Source: Heterodontus francisci
Taxonomy: Eukaryota
NCBI RefSeq assembly: GCF_036365525.1
Contig: NC_090399.1
Coordinates: 42,316,430 to 42,380,429 of the forward strand
Length of the DNA: 64,000 nt
Direction of reading: 5' to 3'
Shown: positions 62,301 through 64,000 of the stretch, one piece after another
Position numbering within the stretch: position 1 is the stretch's first letter
How the letters are laid out: each line of letters begins with the position of its first letter
Program-made: the position numbers and the translations under genes
Notes under the pieces: model-generated
Seen by the model: the letters and a program-made list of their open reading frames with translations, nothing else
What the model was told of the DNA's origin: nothing
Databases searched by the model: none

Positions 62301-64000
62301 TGGTTGCAGGAACAGGTGACACTGTGTCCATGTGCACTGCACGGATGGGTGCAGGAACAGGTGGCTGCGTGTGAACGTGCACAGCTCTGATGGGTGCAGG
62401 AACAGGTGGCTGTGTGTCCATGTGCACTGCTCTGATGGGTGCAGGAACAGGTGGCACTGTGTCAATGTGCACTGCTCTGATGCGTGCAGGAACAGTTGAC
62501 TGTGTGTCCATGTGCACTGCTCTGATGGGTGCAGGAACATTTGGCAGTGTGTCAATGTGCAGTGCTCTGATGGGTGCAGGAACAGTTGACTGTGTGTCCA
62601 TGTGCACTGCTCTGATGGGTGCAGGAACACGTGACTGTGTGTCCATGTGCACTGCTCTGATGGGTGCAGGAACAGGTGGCTGTGTGTCCTTGTGCACTGC
62701 TCTGATGGGTGCACGAACAGGTGGCACTGTGTCCCTGTGCACTGCTCGGATGGGTGCAGGAACAGGTGGCTGTCTGTCCATGTGCACTGCTCGGATGGGT
62801 GCAGGAACAGGTGGCTGAGTGTCCACGTGCACTGCTCTGATGGGTGCAGGAACAGGTGGCTGAGTGTCCACGTGCACTGCTCTGATGGGTGCAGGAACAG
62901 GTGATTGTGTGTCCATGTGCACTGCTCTGATGGTTGCAGGAACAGGTGGCACTGTGTCCATGTGCACTGCATGGATGGGTGCAGGAACAGGTGGCTGCGT
63001 GTGAACGTGCACAGCTCTGATGGGTGCAGGAACAGGTGGCTGTGTGTCCATGTGCACTGCTCTGATGGGTGCAGGAACAGGTGACTGTGTGTCAATGTGC
63101 ACTGCTCTGATGGGTGCAGGAACAGGTGGCTGTGTGTCAATGTGCACTGCTCTGATGGGTGCAGGAACAGTTGACTGTGTGTCCATGTGCATTGCTCTGA
63201 TGGGTGCAGGAACAGTTGACTGTGTGTCCATGTGCATTGCTCTGATGGGTGCAGGAACAGTTGACTGTGTGTCCATGTGCACTGCTCTGATGGGTGCAGG
63301 AACAGGTGGCTGTGTGTCCATGTGCACTGCTCTGATGGGTGCAGGAACAGGTGGCTGTGTGTCAATGTGCACTGCTCTGATGGGTGCAGGAACAGTTGAC
63401 TGTGTGTCCATGTGCATTGCTCTGATGGGTGCAGGAACAGTTGACTGTGTGTCCATGTGCACTGCTCTGATGGGTGCAGGAACAGGTGGCTGTGTGTCCA
63501 TGTGCACTGCTCTGATGGGTGCAGGAACAGTTGACTGTGTGTCCATGTGCACTGCTCTGATGGGTGCAGGAACAGGTGGCTGTGTGTCCATGTGCACTGC
63601 TCTGATGGGTGCAGGAACAGGTGACTGTGTGTCCACTTGCACTGCTCGAATGGGTGCAGGAACAGGTGGCTGTGTGTCCATGTGCACTGCTCTGATGTGT
63701 GCAGGAACAGGTGGCTGTGTGTCCATGTGCACTGCTCTGATGTGTGCAGGAACAGGTGGCTGTGTGTCCATGTGCACTGCTCTGATGTGTGCAGGAACAG
63801 GTGGCTGTGTGTCCATGTGCACTGCTCTGATGTGTGCAGGAACAGCTGGCTGTGTGTCCATGTGCACTGCTCGGATGGGTGCAGGAACAGGTGACTGTGT
63901 GTCCATGTGCACTGCTCGGATGGGTGCAGGAACAGGTGGCTGTGTGTCCATGTGCACTGCTCTGATGGGTGCAGGAACAGGTGGCTGTGTGTCTATGTGC
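44400..64000. repeat. 45-bp satellite array (GGTGCAGGAACAGGTGGCTGTGTGTCCATGTGCACTGCTCTGATG), over 430 units, with higher-order structure; runs off the window
   Basis: Direct tandem periodicity; variant patterns recur at offsets of 8,681 and 4,184 bp. Confidence 0.98.

Noticed and set aside
44400-64000. CRISPR array or giant mucin/keratin-associated protein gene
   Set aside because: Monomers are head-to-tail with no unique spacers, there are no cas genes and the context is eukaryotic. Recurrent stops and 1-bp deletions break every frame.
44400-64000. V(D)J recombination signals (CACAGTG heptamer in some monomer variants, minus strand)
   Set aside because: No ACAAAAACC-like nonamer at 12 or 23 bp, and no V, D or J segments nearby.

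Overview
Vertebrate genomic DNA, very probably from a cartilaginous fish. The evidence for that is HE1/V-SINE-like and SacSINE1/Deu-like elements and shark-type MHC exon sequences. The only host gene content is MHC class I. On the minus strand are a leader exon (41597-41645), an alpha1 exon (19191-19433) and an alpha2 exon (18397-18669), all with intact phase-1 GT/AG junctions and an X2/Y/CCAAT-type promoter. The encoded groove is strongly non-classical: the alpha1 helix is about 6 residues short, 5 of the 8 peptide-anchoring residues are lost, and there is an extra Cys at about position 156. Class I transmembrane (10823-10927) and cytoplasmic (11541-11573) exons lie on the OPPOSITE (+) strand, across N-gaps and a 6-kb G/C-skewed repeat. 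No alpha3 exon is visible, so this is either two convergent paralogues or an inverted/mis-oriented segment. Intron 1 is 22 kb long and packed with nested CR1, L2-like, RTE, Penelope, LTR and SINE insertions that split a 63-bp minisatellite built on the exon-1 splice donor. Positions 1-10.7 kb hold two nested Gmr1-like Ty3/gypsy elements. From 44.4 kb to the end is a 45-bp satellite with an 8,681-bp higher-order duplication. The long proline/glycine-rich and repeat ORFs in the ORF track are artefacts of repeats. All family assignments are from recalled motifs; no database search was run.
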